64,000 nt of DNA from a virus. Taxonomy: Duplodnaviria > Heunggongvirae > Uroviricota > Caudoviricetes. Every line of letters starts with the position of its first letter. Within the stretch, counting starts at the first letter, position 1. Location of the stretch: the IMG/VR virus record IMGVR_UViG_3300035492_000070, one strand, 5' to 3'. A program made the position numbers and the translations under genes. Of this stretch, positions 37,869 to 47,267 are shown piece by piece. Under the pieces are notes generated by a model that worked only from the letters and a program-made list of their open reading frames with translations, had not been told where the DNA came from and made no database searches.

Positions 37869-38010
37869 ATAGAGTTTTGGAAAGGTTTCATACAGCAACT
37901 AAAATATTCCATGCCAAGGACGAGACCCCTGTTCGAATCAGGGACTCCATCAAGATGGAGTTGGTGTAGTGGTTAGCACGCGTAAAAATGAAACCTGTCC
38001 AAAACTCTAT
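37869..38010 (+). ncRNA. stem-enclosed RNA element C carrying a circularly permuted tRNA-Gly (GCC): leader ACAGCAACTAAAATAT, positions 29-72, AAG, positions 1-28, TAAAA
   Basis: S1 atagagttttgg/ccaaaactctat, S2 ggtttcat/atgaaacc; 3' part tcc ATGCCAA gga cg agac ccctg TTCGAAT caggg actccat c; 5' part atggagt tg gtgt agtggtta gcac g cg. Confidence 0.6.
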
Positions 38011-38025
38011 TCCTTTCTTATTTTT

Positions 38026-38033
38026 TATAAATA
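38026..38033 (+). promoter_or_regulatory. T4-type late promoter box TATAAATA
   Basis: ttttttataaataaaag about 35 nt upstream of the ORF at 38069. Confidence 0.45.
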
Positions 38034-38068
38034 AAAGTTTGAAACTTTATTAACTAAGGTAACCAATC

Positions 38069-38239
38069 ATGAAACAGTTCAAAGAATTTATCAACGAAAC
38101 TCATTTGTCAGATGCTCGCGTCAAAGAGATTAAAGCATCAGACGACGAAAAGTTAAAGGCTAAGTACAAAGAGTATACCGACGCCGAAAAGGCAGGTGAC
38201 AAAGAAAAGGCTGATAAGTTGGCTAAACAGCTAAAATAA
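38069..38239 (+). CDS. small Lys/Glu-rich protein (56 aa) behind late promoter
   Basis: ATG with SD taaggt; not in ORF track (<60 aa); terminator follows. Confidence 0.35.
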   Translation: MKQFKEFINETHLSDARVKEIKASDDEKLKAKYKEYTDAEKAGDKEKADKLAKQLK

Positions 38240-38254
38240 TTATTGATTTTAATT

Positions 38255-38287
38255 GAAGCCTAGTTTAAACTAGGCTTCGTTGTTTTT
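38255..38287 (+). terminator. rho-independent terminator
   Basis: gaagcctag tttaaa ctaggcttc + gttgttttt. Confidence 0.6.
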
Positions 38288-38327
38288 AAAAGGTCAATTC
38301 TTGGCCTGCCAACGAAGGAGAAACATT

Positions 38328-39734
38328 ATGAGCAATTTATTTAACGCAGTGAACACTGGAATGTCATTAACTGATAACGGCTGTGTTACTAACACATCTA
38401 CTTTAGATTACTGTCTAGACCTATTCTTTACCATCGGTGCATCTCGTGGTAAAGATATCAGTTATCAGTTTGCTAAGGCATTTGCACAAGACAAACGTCT
38501 AGCAACCCAAATCCTTTTCCATGCTCGTGACATCCGTGGTGGTATGGGCGAACGTAAACTGTTCCGCGATAATCTATTATCAATCACTACCAAGAAAAAT
38601 GCCATCGAAGTAATGTTGAAAACAATTGAAGTTGGTCGGTTCGATGATCTTCATGTTTTCTTAGGCTCTAAGTTTGAAGATTTAGCAGTTTCCATTATCG
38701 CAGATGCGTTAGTGCAAGGTTCATCTTTAGCGGCTAAGTGGACGCCTCGCTCGGGTCCTATGTTCAACCTACTGCGTAAGAAGATGTCACTGGATCCTAA
38801 ATCACTTCGTAAGATGTTGGTTCAACTGTCTAATACAGTTGAGCAAAAAATGTCGGCTAAGCATTGGTCAGAGATTGACTATTCTAAATTACCTAGCTTG
38901 GCATCGGCTCGTTATATGACTGCATTTCACCGTAATGACCCTGCTCGTTACCAGGCTTACAAAGATGCTTTAACTAAAGGTGAAGTTAAGATTAATGCTG
39001 CGGCTGTTTACCCTTATGATGTGATTAAGGCTGCTCGTTATTCATCCGAGAACGTTGATGTCAGTGAAGCCCAATGGAAAGCACTACCTGACTATATCGG
39101 TAATAATGATGCTAATATTTTACCGGTAATTGACGTTTCTGGTTCTATGGATTGCCCTGCAGGTGGTAGTAAAAATTTAACTTGTATGGATGTTGCTGTG
39201 TCTTTAGGTATGTATGTAGCAGAGCGCAGTAAAGGTATTTTCAAAGATCAGTTCATTACATTCCACGAAAAACCACAAATGGTTAAAATGAATGGGTCAT
39301 TTACCCAACGCCTTAACCAGGTATATCGTGCTCCTTGGGGCGGTTCTACTAACCTAGAAGCAACCTTTCGACTGATTGCTGATGCAGCGGTTAAACACGG
39401 ACTGAAACAAGAAGATTTACCAACTCAGTTGTTAATCTTCTCAGATATGCAGTTTAACCGGATTGGCGGGTATAGAGGAAATAACCAAACTGCATTCCAG
39501 TTCGCGGAAAAGTATTTTAACGAGCGTGGTTATAAACTGCCTCAGGTTGTGTTCTGGAACCTGAATGCTGGTAATGATAACTTTCCTGTACAGAAAGACC
39601 AGACTGGTGCTTTGCTTGTTAGTGGATTTAGCCCATCTCTGATGAAGTCAGTCTTACGTGGTACAGAATACAACCCACGCCAATTAATGTTAGAATCAGT
39701 TGATAAAGAGCGTTACACTATCAACAAGTTCTAA
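38328..39734 (+). CDS. vWA-domain protein (helical N-terminal region + C-terminal von Willebrand A domain)
   Basis: MIDAS motif ILPVIDVSGSMD; ATG with SD gaaggagaaacatt chosen over track TTG at 38280, which overlaps the terminator. Confidence 0.5.
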   Translation: MSNLFNAVNTGMSLTDNGCVTNTSTLDYCLDLFFTIGASRGKDISYQFAKAFAQDKRLATQILFHARDIRGGMGERKLFRDNLLSITTKKNAIEVMLKTIEVGRFDDLHVFLGSKFEDLAVSIIADALVQGSSLAAKWTPRSGPMFNLLRKKMSLDPKSLRKMLVQLSNTVEQKMSAKHWSEIDYSKLPSLASARYMTAFHRNDPARYQAYKDALTKGEVKINAAAVYPYDVIKAARYSSENVDVSEAQWKALPDYIGNNDANILPVIDVSGSMDCPAGGSKNLTCMDVAVSLGMYVAERSKGIFKDQFITFHEKPQMVKMNGSFTQRLNQVYRAPWGGSTNLEATFRLIADAAVKHGLKQEDLPTQLLIFSDMQFNRIGGYRGNNQTAFQFAEKYFNERGYKLPQVVFWNLNAGNDNFPVQKDQTGALLVSGFSPSLMKSVLRGTEYNPRQLMLESVDKERYTINKF

Positions 39735-39742
39735 TCCAAATT

Positions 39743-39816
39743 TAGCGAAAGTGGCAATTCATACGTGACAGTTGAATTTTGTGTAAATAACGCCACTTTC
39801 GCTAATTCTTTTCTTG
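39743..39816 (+). terminator. long hairpin terminator
   Basis: tagcgaaagtggc...gccactttcgcta + attcttttctt. Confidence 0.5.
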
Positions 39817-39882
39817 ATTACTCTTTTCACCTCAACTATAATAAAAACAGTTAGGCAAACAACGTGAATAAGGAACTACATT

Positions 39883-40080
39883 ATGAACCCAGCAGCAAAA
39901 AGAATCCAAAACTACGTAAACGAAATGATCCGCGCTGAAATTTCAAAAGAGAAAGCCGTAAAAGAACATGGTATTTTCTCTGATGCAATTAATGGTGCTT
40001 GCGCTTCATTGAATAAAGAGGTAAAAGCTGCTTACCAACAAGCAGCTGATCGTTTAGCCCTTTATATCCAAAGTTTTTAA
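39883..40080 (+). CDS. hypothetical protein
   Basis: ORF with SD ataaggaac. Confidence 0.3.
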   Translation: MNPAAKRIQNYVNEMIRAEISKEKAVKEHGIFSDAINGACASLNKEVKAAYQQAADRLALYIQSF

Positions 40081-40085
40081 TCAAC

Positions 40086-40108
40086 GGGGAGTTAAGGCTC
40101 CCTCTTCT
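40086..40108 (+). terminator. rho-independent terminator
   Basis: ggggagttaaggctccc + tcttctt. Confidence 0.5.
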
Positions 40109-40125
40109 TAACCAGGAGAAATAAT

Positions 40126-40440
40126 ATGAAAAATGTAATGTACTGTCATAACCGACAAGGCTTTTTCGGTAACATTTCAGGTAAACGTGACTTCACTGTT
40201 GCTTATACCTATGATGAAGATACAGGTGTATTCCAAGCAGCATTTGCCTACTGCTCGCATAAAGACAATTACAATCGTAGAGTCGGCCGCGAGTTAGCGT
40301 TAGAGCGTTTGAAAACCGCTGACGTGATTGATTCGACGTCAAATGAGTTTTTCATTCGAATCGAAAACACTCAACGTATGTTCCCTGATCGCAACACTGC
40401 GCTGAAGTTTGCAATTAACTGGGCGAATCAATACGCTTAA
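40126..40440 (+). CDS. hypothetical protein
   Basis: SD accaggagaaataat + ATG. Confidence 0.35.
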   Translation: MKNVMYCHNRQGFFGNISGKRDFTVAYTYDEDTGVFQAAFAYCSHKDNYNRRVGRELALERLKTADVIDSTSNEFFIRIENTQRMFPDRNTALKFAINWANQYA

Positions 40441-40588
40441 AGGAATGACCGATGCTCTACGTGAAAGTTAAAATTTACAAAACAGGTGAAGTGGTAGATG
40501 CTCGGTCATATGGCTACGGTTGGGTGACTTGCGATGGCAGATTCATCCACCGAAGTCATGGAAAAGTGATCCTACAAGGAGCTTAGAT

Positions 40589-41542
40589 ATGAAAGGTTGT
40601 ACTAATATCGTAACCGTATTACATGGTAGTCATTTGTACGGTTTAAACACTGAAAACTCTGATAAAGATTTTAAATCTGTTTTCTTTAAACCTTTTCGTG
40701 ATGTGGTGTTAGGTAAAGGACCAGAGAACTTTTCTACTGGTACTGGATCAGTTCATGAAAAGAACACTAAAGACGATACTGACCATATGCACTTTAGCTT
40801 AAAGTCATTCTTCCAAATGCTTAGCAAAGGTGAAATGGTGGCAATGGATTTAATTCATTCTCCTAATACACATTGGGTAGGAGACACTCATCATGTATGG
40901 TCAATTATCCAACGAAATCGAGATTTGTTTTACTGTCGTGATATGCGTGCCTATTTAGGTTATTGTCGTAAACAGTCCGCCAAGTATGGTATCAAAGGTT
41001 CAAGAGTTGCCGCTCTAAGAGAAGCACTTGATGCAATGTCTTTGGTAAATGAGAATTGTAAATTCAAACTCATTGAAATTCGAAATGATTTGCCCGAAGG
41101 CGAATTCTTAATCAAACGAGAAACTGGTTATGAAATCTTAGGTAAGTTACATCAATGGACTGTAAATGCTTTTGAAGTGAAAGAACGGGCACAGAAAGCA
41201 TTTGATGAATATGGTCACCGTGCTTTACTGGCCGAACAGAATGAAGGTGTAGATTTTAAAGCTGTTAGTCATGCTTTCAGGGCCGGTTACCAACTGTTAG
41301 ATCTATTCCAGAAAGGTACAATGATTCTACCACTTTCCAAGGAAGTGCGAAATATTATTCTACCTATTAAACTAGGACAGTTAGACTTCAAGACTCAAAT
41401 ACAACCTGATCTAGAGCGTCTTATGGATAAGGTAGAAGCAGAGTCTAAAAAGGCTAACTTACCAGAATTTGTAGATCAAGATAAAGTCGATGAATTATTG
41501 ATCTGTGTTTATGAACATCTTTATGGAGTGAAATTCAAATGA
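40589..41542 (+). CDS. nucleotidyltransferase-fold protein (minimal Pol-beta-like NTase)
   Basis: VLHGSHLYGLNTENSDKDF fits the [GS]-x9-13-D-x-[DE] NTase signature; SD caaggagc; internal ATG chosen. Confidence 0.45.
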   Translation: MKGCTNIVTVLHGSHLYGLNTENSDKDFKSVFFKPFRDVVLGKGPENFSTGTGSVHEKNTKDDTDHMHFSLKSFFQMLSKGEMVAMDLIHSPNTHWVGDTHHVWSIIQRNRDLFYCRDMRAYLGYCRKQSAKYGIKGSRVAALREALDAMSLVNENCKFKLIEIRNDLPEGEFLIKRETGYEILGKLHQWTVNAFEVKERAQKAFDEYGHRALLAEQNEGVDFKAVSHAFRAGYQLLDLFQKGTMILPLSKEVRNIILPIKLGQLDFKTQIQPDLERLMDKVEAESKKANLPEFVDQDKVDELLICVYEHLYGVKFK

Positions 41543-41961
41543 GTAACTTGTATGAAGTTATTGTCAAAGAGCAATTAGATGCTCGTAAAAATCAAGACAA
41601 GATAAAGGCCAATTTATTAACTACTGTTTTGGGTGAGTTATTCCGTAAAACAGACGATGACTCAATTCTAAAAGTGTTAAAGAAAGCCAAGGAATCTGCA
41701 ACTGAAGTGATGTCAGTTTGCCCAAAAACCGATTCTCGATATTCTATTGCAGAAAGAGAAGTTGAAATTATCAATGACTATATGCCGGAGGAACTTCCAT
41801 CTGCTCGATTAGAGTTGATTGTGATCGGGTATAAACAATCTAACCCAGATGCAAAAATTAAAGACTTTATGTCGTATATTACAGATTGGTGCTCTACTCA
41901 TAAAATGACAGTTAATCGAAAAGCAGCGGCGTCATTGTTTAATTCTATTAAAGGGGCTTGA
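41539..41961 (+). CDS. hypothetical protein translationally coupled (ATGA) to the NTase
   Basis: 4-nt overlap with upstream gene. Confidence 0.35.
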   Translation: MSNLYEVIVKEQLDARKNQDKIKANLLTTVLGELFRKTDDDSILKVLKKAKESATEVMSVCPKTDSRYSIAEREVEIINDYMPEELPSARLELIVIGYKQSNPDAKIKDFMSYITDWCSTHKMTVNRKAAASLFNSIKGA

Positions 41962-42017
41962 TTGTCCCTTTCTTTTCATATACAATTTCTGTATCTTTTG
42001 TGAATGGAACCTTTATT

Positions 42018-42518
42018 ATGACTCGTATTAACATAATCGACCCCGAACTTTTATTAGACCAGCACTTAATGGCCGAGTATCGTGAACTTCCGCGTATGTT
42101 TACCTTTATTGAGCAACATTATAAAGGTGTTCCAATGGATAGATCTGACACATATACCCTTAATCGTGGACATATGAAGTTCTTCTATGATAAATTGGAA
42201 TATCTTAAGAAACGGCAACTGGCATTGTTTAAAGAGTTGTTGCTTAGAGATTATGGTGTGGTATTCGATATAAATGCGTTTCTAACACGCTACGACGCGT
42301 TGCCGTCGATTTTAAAGAATGACTATAGTCCTACTATTACTGAGCAGCTCGTTAACGTAGAGCGCATCGTAGAGCGTTTTAACGCGAAACCTGAATATTA
42401 TACATACTTACGGGAAAAAATGAAGAAAGCAGATTTGTCTTGTTTTAAAGACAGGCCTGAAGTCGAACCACTATATACCACCCTGGAAGAATATAAAAAT
42501 GAAAAATCGAGCTCGTAG
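42018..42518 (+). CDS. denV: endonuclease V (pyrimidine dimer DNA glycosylase, DenV)
   Basis: [28 protein letters not shown]...[17 protein letters not shown] closely matches T4 DenV [28 protein letters not shown]...GHVTFFYDKLEFLRKRQ. Confidence 0.8.
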   Translation: [166 protein letters not shown]

Positions 42519-42861
42519 ACAATTCGTAAACAACTATAAATGGTGGGACTACAGTTTTTTGCTTTATGCGATTAGAGATTGGTGTAACCATTCAAGTAAA
42601 ATGACATTGAAACATGGCATCTGTTTGAAGGGGCCTAGTGTAGCGAGAAAGATGAGAATTGCCGCTATTTTATGCGATAGAATTATCAATGAAGATTACA
42701 GCTCAACGAAAATCATTTGGAACGACCAAACAGATGTTTTAGGTAAACCCGATAGAAAACAAATTAAACGAATTTTAGATTACGAACAATGGCAAAAGCA
42801 ACGTGATCTTAATTACCTTATGGATCTTATGAAAAATGATCTTTTTAATTGGTGGGACTAA
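42499..42861 (+). CDS. hypothetical protein
   Basis: ORF only. Confidence 0.3.
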   Translation: MKNRARRQFVNNYKWWDYSFLLYAIRDWCNHSSKMTLKHGICLKGPSVARKMRIAAILCDRIINEDYSSTKIIWNDQTDVLGKPDRKQIKRILDYEQWQKQRDLNYLMDLMKNDLFNWWD

Positions 42862-43433
42862 TGGACAACAAACCTTACGCGATAATTGATATTGACTTAA
42901 CCTTAGTAGATTCAGTCACGGGGCCATATGGTTGGTTAGATTGGCTTAATTCTATGACCGGTAGAAATCATACAGCCGAGGAATTAGGTTATGATTATAA
43001 TTTAGGCAAATTCTATAAAGAGGACCTTGCTAAACTGAAAGTTGATCCCATGGATTGGTGGCGGTATCCTGGTATATACGATTGCATGAAACCTCTAGAA
43101 TACGCTCATGTCGCATTGTCAAGGTTGAAATTCTTAGGGTATGAAATTGTGTTTGTGTCTCATGTCAAAGGACAACACTCAAAATCCAAACACAATTTCT
43201 TAAAACGACATTTCTCGGATTTAGATTACTCGTATCTTGTTACTAAAGAAAAACATCGAGTTAATTCTGGTACAGGAAAAGATATTTTTGTTGATGATAG
43301 ACACGATTATATCAACAAGTCAAATGCCCGTCATGTATTTCTTTTCAATACTCCTTGGACCCAATTTGAGGAATTAAAAAGGCCCTATACAAGAGCCTTT
43401 AATTGGAAAGATATTTTAGAATACTTTGATTAA
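42849..43433 (+). CDS. HAD-superfamily hydrolase/phosphatase
   Basis: motif I AIIDIDLTLVD (DxDxT/V). Confidence 0.4.
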   Translation: MVGLMDNKPYAIIDIDLTLVDSVTGPYGWLDWLNSMTGRNHTAEELGYDYNLGKFYKEDLAKLKVDPMDWWRYPGIYDCMKPLEYAHVALSRLKFLGYEIVFVSHVKGQHSKSKHNFLKRHFSDLDYSYLVTKEKHRVNSGTGKDIFVDDRHDYINKSNARHVFLFNTPWTQFEELKRPYTRAFNWKDILEYFD

Positions 43434-44071
43434 GGTTCTTCCAAGCCCCTGTTAATATAAGAAGCGGTAAGTGTTGTTGTAACAGTTATACCATCACCCG
43501 ACTTACCGATTTCTCTTAAACTGATTCTAATACCTGTTGTTGCGTTGCCAGATGATGTATTAATAGAAACCGCTCTAGTAAAGTTGACTTGACCGAAAGA
43601 TCCTGTTGCACCGCTTACCGACCCTATACCATTCCAAGATACAATTTCAAATCTAACTTCAGTATTTGAAGAATTAGCAAGAGAGCCTGACCAGTTACCT
43701 AATACAGATTCCGAATCCGCCGTTCTTTGTCTTATTGTGCCATCAGCGAAGAATAATATCTCAGCTAACGAATAACCAGGAAACTGAGGAGAAGATCTAG
43801 AATCAACCACCCCTGCAGGTACAGCAGCTAAACTACCATCCCATGTTGAAACTGTTCCTTTTGCAGCAAACAACGAATTCAAGTCAGAGTTACCAGAATA
43901 AACGTTGGTAGGTCCTGCGGCTGAACCCTGACTCAAAGGTGCATAGACGTTGGCAAGATCATTTCCATTTGCATGAAATATATTAGTGGAACCTACTTTA
44001 GTTCCACTTGAATAGAATTCAAATACATTGTCTAAGTCAGCGCCACTTGAAGTGAATATTCCAGATGACAT
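43430..44071 (-). CDS. tail fibre distal/adhesin-like protein
   Basis: Gly/Ser/Asn-rich repetitive sequence following the long fibre gene. Confidence 0.4.
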   Translation of the reverse strand: MSSGIFTSSGADLDNVFEFYSSGTKVGSTNIFHANGNDLANVYAPLSQGSAAGPTNVYSGNSDLNSLFAAKGTVSTWDGSLAAVPAGVVDSRSSPQFPGYSLAEILFFADGTIRQRTADSESVLGNWSGSLANSSNTEVRFEIVSWNGIGSVSGATGSFGQVNFTRAVSINTSSGNATTGIRISLREIGKSGDGITVTTTLTASYINRGLEEP

Positions 44072-44072
44072 A

Positions 44073-45638
44073 TTACTTTCCCTCTAATACAGCGACTCGT
44101 TCCAACAGAGTTTCGATAATTTCTTGTTGTTTTGCGACGGCAGCGTACAGATCAGGAATTAGCTGGTTATAATCCATACCACCAATCAAGCCGTTCGTGT
44201 CTTTAGATACCACCTCTTCGCTGACTTTGGCCACTTCTTCTGCAATCAACCAACGGTTCAAACGGTTTTCTTGGTTTCGACAATGAGTTTTGTAATGACC
44301 TACCGATACACCTTTTCTACCAATTTCAATAACTCGACGCAAAGATTCATCCAATGAATCAACATATTCAACATTCTTATACCTTAATGATGATATTGCA
44401 TACAAGCGAGTTGCATAGAAATAACCATCATAGTTTAGTCTGGTAGCGTTCGTAGGGTTAGATGAACCGCCATATAATCTACCAGCGGCCTTGGCTGTGC
44501 CTGTAATAGCAATGGCACCCGTAAAAGTTTTGATACCGGCCGCTGACTGATCACCCGTGGTGTTTAATGTAGGTAGAGTAATATTAGCAGTGCCGTTGAA
44601 TGTAATACCGTTAATGGTACGATCATTCAATAGTCTTGTTGCTGTACCTGCGTTACCCGATATAGATCCACTTATGGTTTGGCTGAAAGTAATAGATCCA
44701 GATACAGTATAATTACCGCTAGTTTGAACCGCGCTCGTAGGAAGTTGACTTGAAGGCAAACGGGTCGATGAATCTAGTGTAGCAACACCACTAGCAGTCC
44801 CAGCATTTAATAGAGATGCTGTACCTAAACCTAAATCAGTATAGTTTAATGATACTGCACCGCCACCTTTCCCGTTCACGGTTTGGACGTTTGGATTAGA
44901 AACTACTCTATTCCAAGAACTTCCATTGCTAACAACCCAATCACCTACACGATAAAGAACACTATTGAATGTTCCTTGTGTAGACACTTCATAATACGCG
45001 CCTGTGTTAGCATTCGCGGCAGGCAAAGCAGGTGTATTGGTACTGGCATTCCACGTACCTACTCGACGAACACCCGAACCAAATGAGTCGGGTAAATGTA
45101 TTGCAGGCACCTTAGCATTCGCATCTAATGGAGCTACACCATTAACAACTGCTACATTTCTATTAGAAGCATTACCTAAAGCATTTAAACGGCTTTCAAC
45201 CGTTCCGCCACTGTAAGATATAGCAGCGGCAGTGTGTGAGTTCGCACTATTACGGTTAATTAATTTGGAGTGATCTAAAAAATTGCCAGACTGAATAGAT
45301 TCTGAATTTGTAACATCTAACCAAGCACCTGCGCCTATACCACCAGTAGAAGCAGGAGTTGACCCTGTCCCTACCGTCTTAGGAAAGCCGCCTTGCCAAA
45401 CATAAAATCTTTGATTTGATAATTGAACCAGTGCCTCACCAGGGTTTGCTAAGGTTGCCCCTTCCTCAAAACTTCGAATTACACTATATCCAGCAGCTAC
45501 CACTTTAGCGGCCGCGGCGGTTATAGTGGCATCATCGATAACATTTTTAAGTTCTCGGAAGTTGTTATCGGCTTCCAAGTATGTCATTGCACGACTGACA
45601 TCTTCTCTTATCGTGACGTTGTTTTTATTACTGAACAT
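44073..45638 (-). CDS. tail fibre protein with C-terminal intramolecular chaperone (peptidase S74-like) domain
   Basis: C-terminus ...SSLRYKNVEYVDSL...IGGMDYNQLIPDLYAAVAKQQEIIETLLERVAVLEG resembles endosialidase/T5 pb1 autoproteolytic chaperone modules. Confidence 0.55.
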   Translation of the reverse strand: MFSNKNNVTIREDVSRAMTYLEADNNFRELKNVIDDATITAAAAKVVAAGYSVIRSFEEGATLANPGEALVQLSNQRFYVWQGGFPKTVGTGSTPASTGGIGAGAWLDVTNSESIQSGNFLDHSKLINRNSANSHTAAAISYSGGTVESRLNALGNASNRNVAVVNGVAPLDANAKVPAIHLPDSFGSGVRRVGTWNASTNTPALPAANANTGAYYEVSTQGTFNSVLYRVGDWVVSNGSSWNRVVSNPNVQTVNGKGGGAVSLNYTDLGLGTASLLNAGTASGVATLDSSTRLPSSQLPTSAVQTSGNYTVSGSITFSQTISGSISGNAGTATRLLNDRTINGITFNGTANITLPTLNTTGDQSAAGIKTFTGAIAITGTAKAAGRLYGGSSNPTNATRLNYDGYFYATRLYAISSLRYKNVEYVDSLDESLRRVIEIGRKGVSVGHYKTHCRNQENRLNRWLIAEEVAKVSEEVVSKDTNGLIGGMDYNQLIPDLYAAVAKQQEIIETLLERVAVLEGK

Positions 45639-45669
45639 ATACGAATTCCTAATCTAATATGGTTATTTA

Positions 45670-47265
45670 TTATTGGAGCGCACAAATATCCCGCTCGTAT
45701 ATGGTATTACCAAAATATCCATCAGTGATATACCCTGGTTCAATATAATCACCTGCTATAATTCTATCAATCATAGTGAATGCTATATTGTAAGGCTCGG
45801 TATCAGGTAAAGTATAATCCTCGAAAATATCACCTGGTATAACATCCAAGAAGTGCTGTGTTTTGTACTCGAAGCAACTTAATTTATACTTCATGTCATC
45901 GATATAAGACAATCTTGTATAAAGGTTATTGTCAACAGCATTAATTGTTATCTGTTTAGGTGGTACAATAATATCAAAAGAATGATCCCGTATCATTAAA
46001 CGAATCAGTTCTAAGATGTTCACTTCACCTATCAACTTCATACCAGCAGGGTGCAATAAGTTAATAATCAAATCCCGGTACTGTTGAATGTCACGGCTTG
46101 AACGAATTACATAAGAAAATTCTTGATAATATTCAGAGTCTTGTAATTTATCTTTATCAGACAGAAAACCGTCAGAACCTACATAATAACCATCAACTGC
46201 TTTTAATGTACCAGGAGAAATGATAATAGATGCGCCCGATCCGCCCTCATTACCCAAATATTCTTGAGGGTGGGTTATACCAAAAGGTACGTCTAAAAAT
46301 TTGACTTCGGTTATACCGCCGAAAGAATCGATACCATTCCCTATTAAGTATCCTTCATAAACCGGATAATCAATTTCAATATAATCGCCAATAAGAATAT
46401 CAGGATGAGTAATTGTTTCCCCGTTATAACCAAACCCTAATAATTGTAAACCATTTCTTCTGACTGTAATTTCGTTAGATTGTAGTATAGTGGTATATCG
46501 ACCATTTACCTCTCCATCTCTTTGAGATAAAGACGTGACAGTAAACGTGGAATTTCCATTATACTGGAGTCTACTATCACTACTATAACCCATTCCCGAA
46601 GAAACTACTTCATATGTTGAGCCGATAGGCAATATCCACTCTTGAATATCACCTGCACCCACAGGATAATTATAATCAAATGTACCTTTAATGTCAGTCA
46701 AGAACAATTCAACAAATATAAAACCATTGATGTACCGTTTGGTTGCTCTAGAAACGGATGCAGTTGCGGTGGTGACATTGCCCGGACTCAACTCAATGGT
46801 TTGAGATATAGTACGATAAAGAAGTTCCTCTGCTCTACCTCGATCGGAAATTAACATTAATTGCTCAGTACCAAACCACTTACCGTTGGATGGCTTCAGC
46901 ATATCCTCTCTTGGATAGTAAACCTCGATGTCTTCGTTGTATAAAATTTTGAATACAAACTTAAAAGATTGTTCTGTACCAATCTTTTGGAAGAATTGTC
47001 TTGAATAACGAATTAGTAAACTTTTATCCGCAATTACAGACTCGGGCACGTTTGCAATGTATTCTCTTTTCAATAATTCAACGTATTCATCAACTGTATT
47101 TTCAAAATCCATGTACGATAAATGGTTACTTAGAACAGAAACGGGGTTTCCTTCAGCCTCAAGCCACTCATAGTAACCTTTAAGAAAATCTACGAATAAA
47201 GGGTAATCTTCTCTGATATAAGAAGAAAGTTGTCCTTCAATGTTATGATGAATAATCTTAGACAT
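45670..47265 (-). CDS. baseplate wedge protein (gpI/gp7-like position)
   Basis: position between gp6/J-like gene and tail fibre. Confidence 0.4.
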   Translation of the reverse strand: MSKIIHHNIEGQLSSYIREDYPLFVDFLKGYYEWLEAEGNPVSVLSNHLSYMDFENTVDEYVELLKREYIANVPESVIADKSLLIRYSRQFFQKIGTEQSFKFVFKILYNEDIEVYYPREDMLKPSNGKWFGTEQLMLISDRGRAEELLYRTISQTIELSPGNVTTATASVSRATKRYINGFIFVELFLTDIKGTFDYNYPVGAGDIQEWILPIGSTYEVVSSGMGYSSDSRLQYNGNSTFTVTSLSQRDGEVNGRYTTILQSNEITVRRNGLQLLGFGYNGETITHPDILIGDYIEIDYPVYEGYLIGNGIDSFGGITEVKFLDVPFGITHPQEYLGNEGGSGASIIISPGTLKAVDGYYVGSDGFLSDKDKLQDSEYYQEFSYVIRSSRDIQQYRDLIINLLHPAGMKLIGEVNILELIRLMIRDHSFDIIVPPKQITINAVDNNLYTRLSYIDDMKYKLSCFEYKTQHFLDVIPGDIFEDYTLPDTEPYNIAFTMIDRIIAGDYIEPGYITDGYFGNTIYERDICALQ

Positions 47266-47267
47266 AC

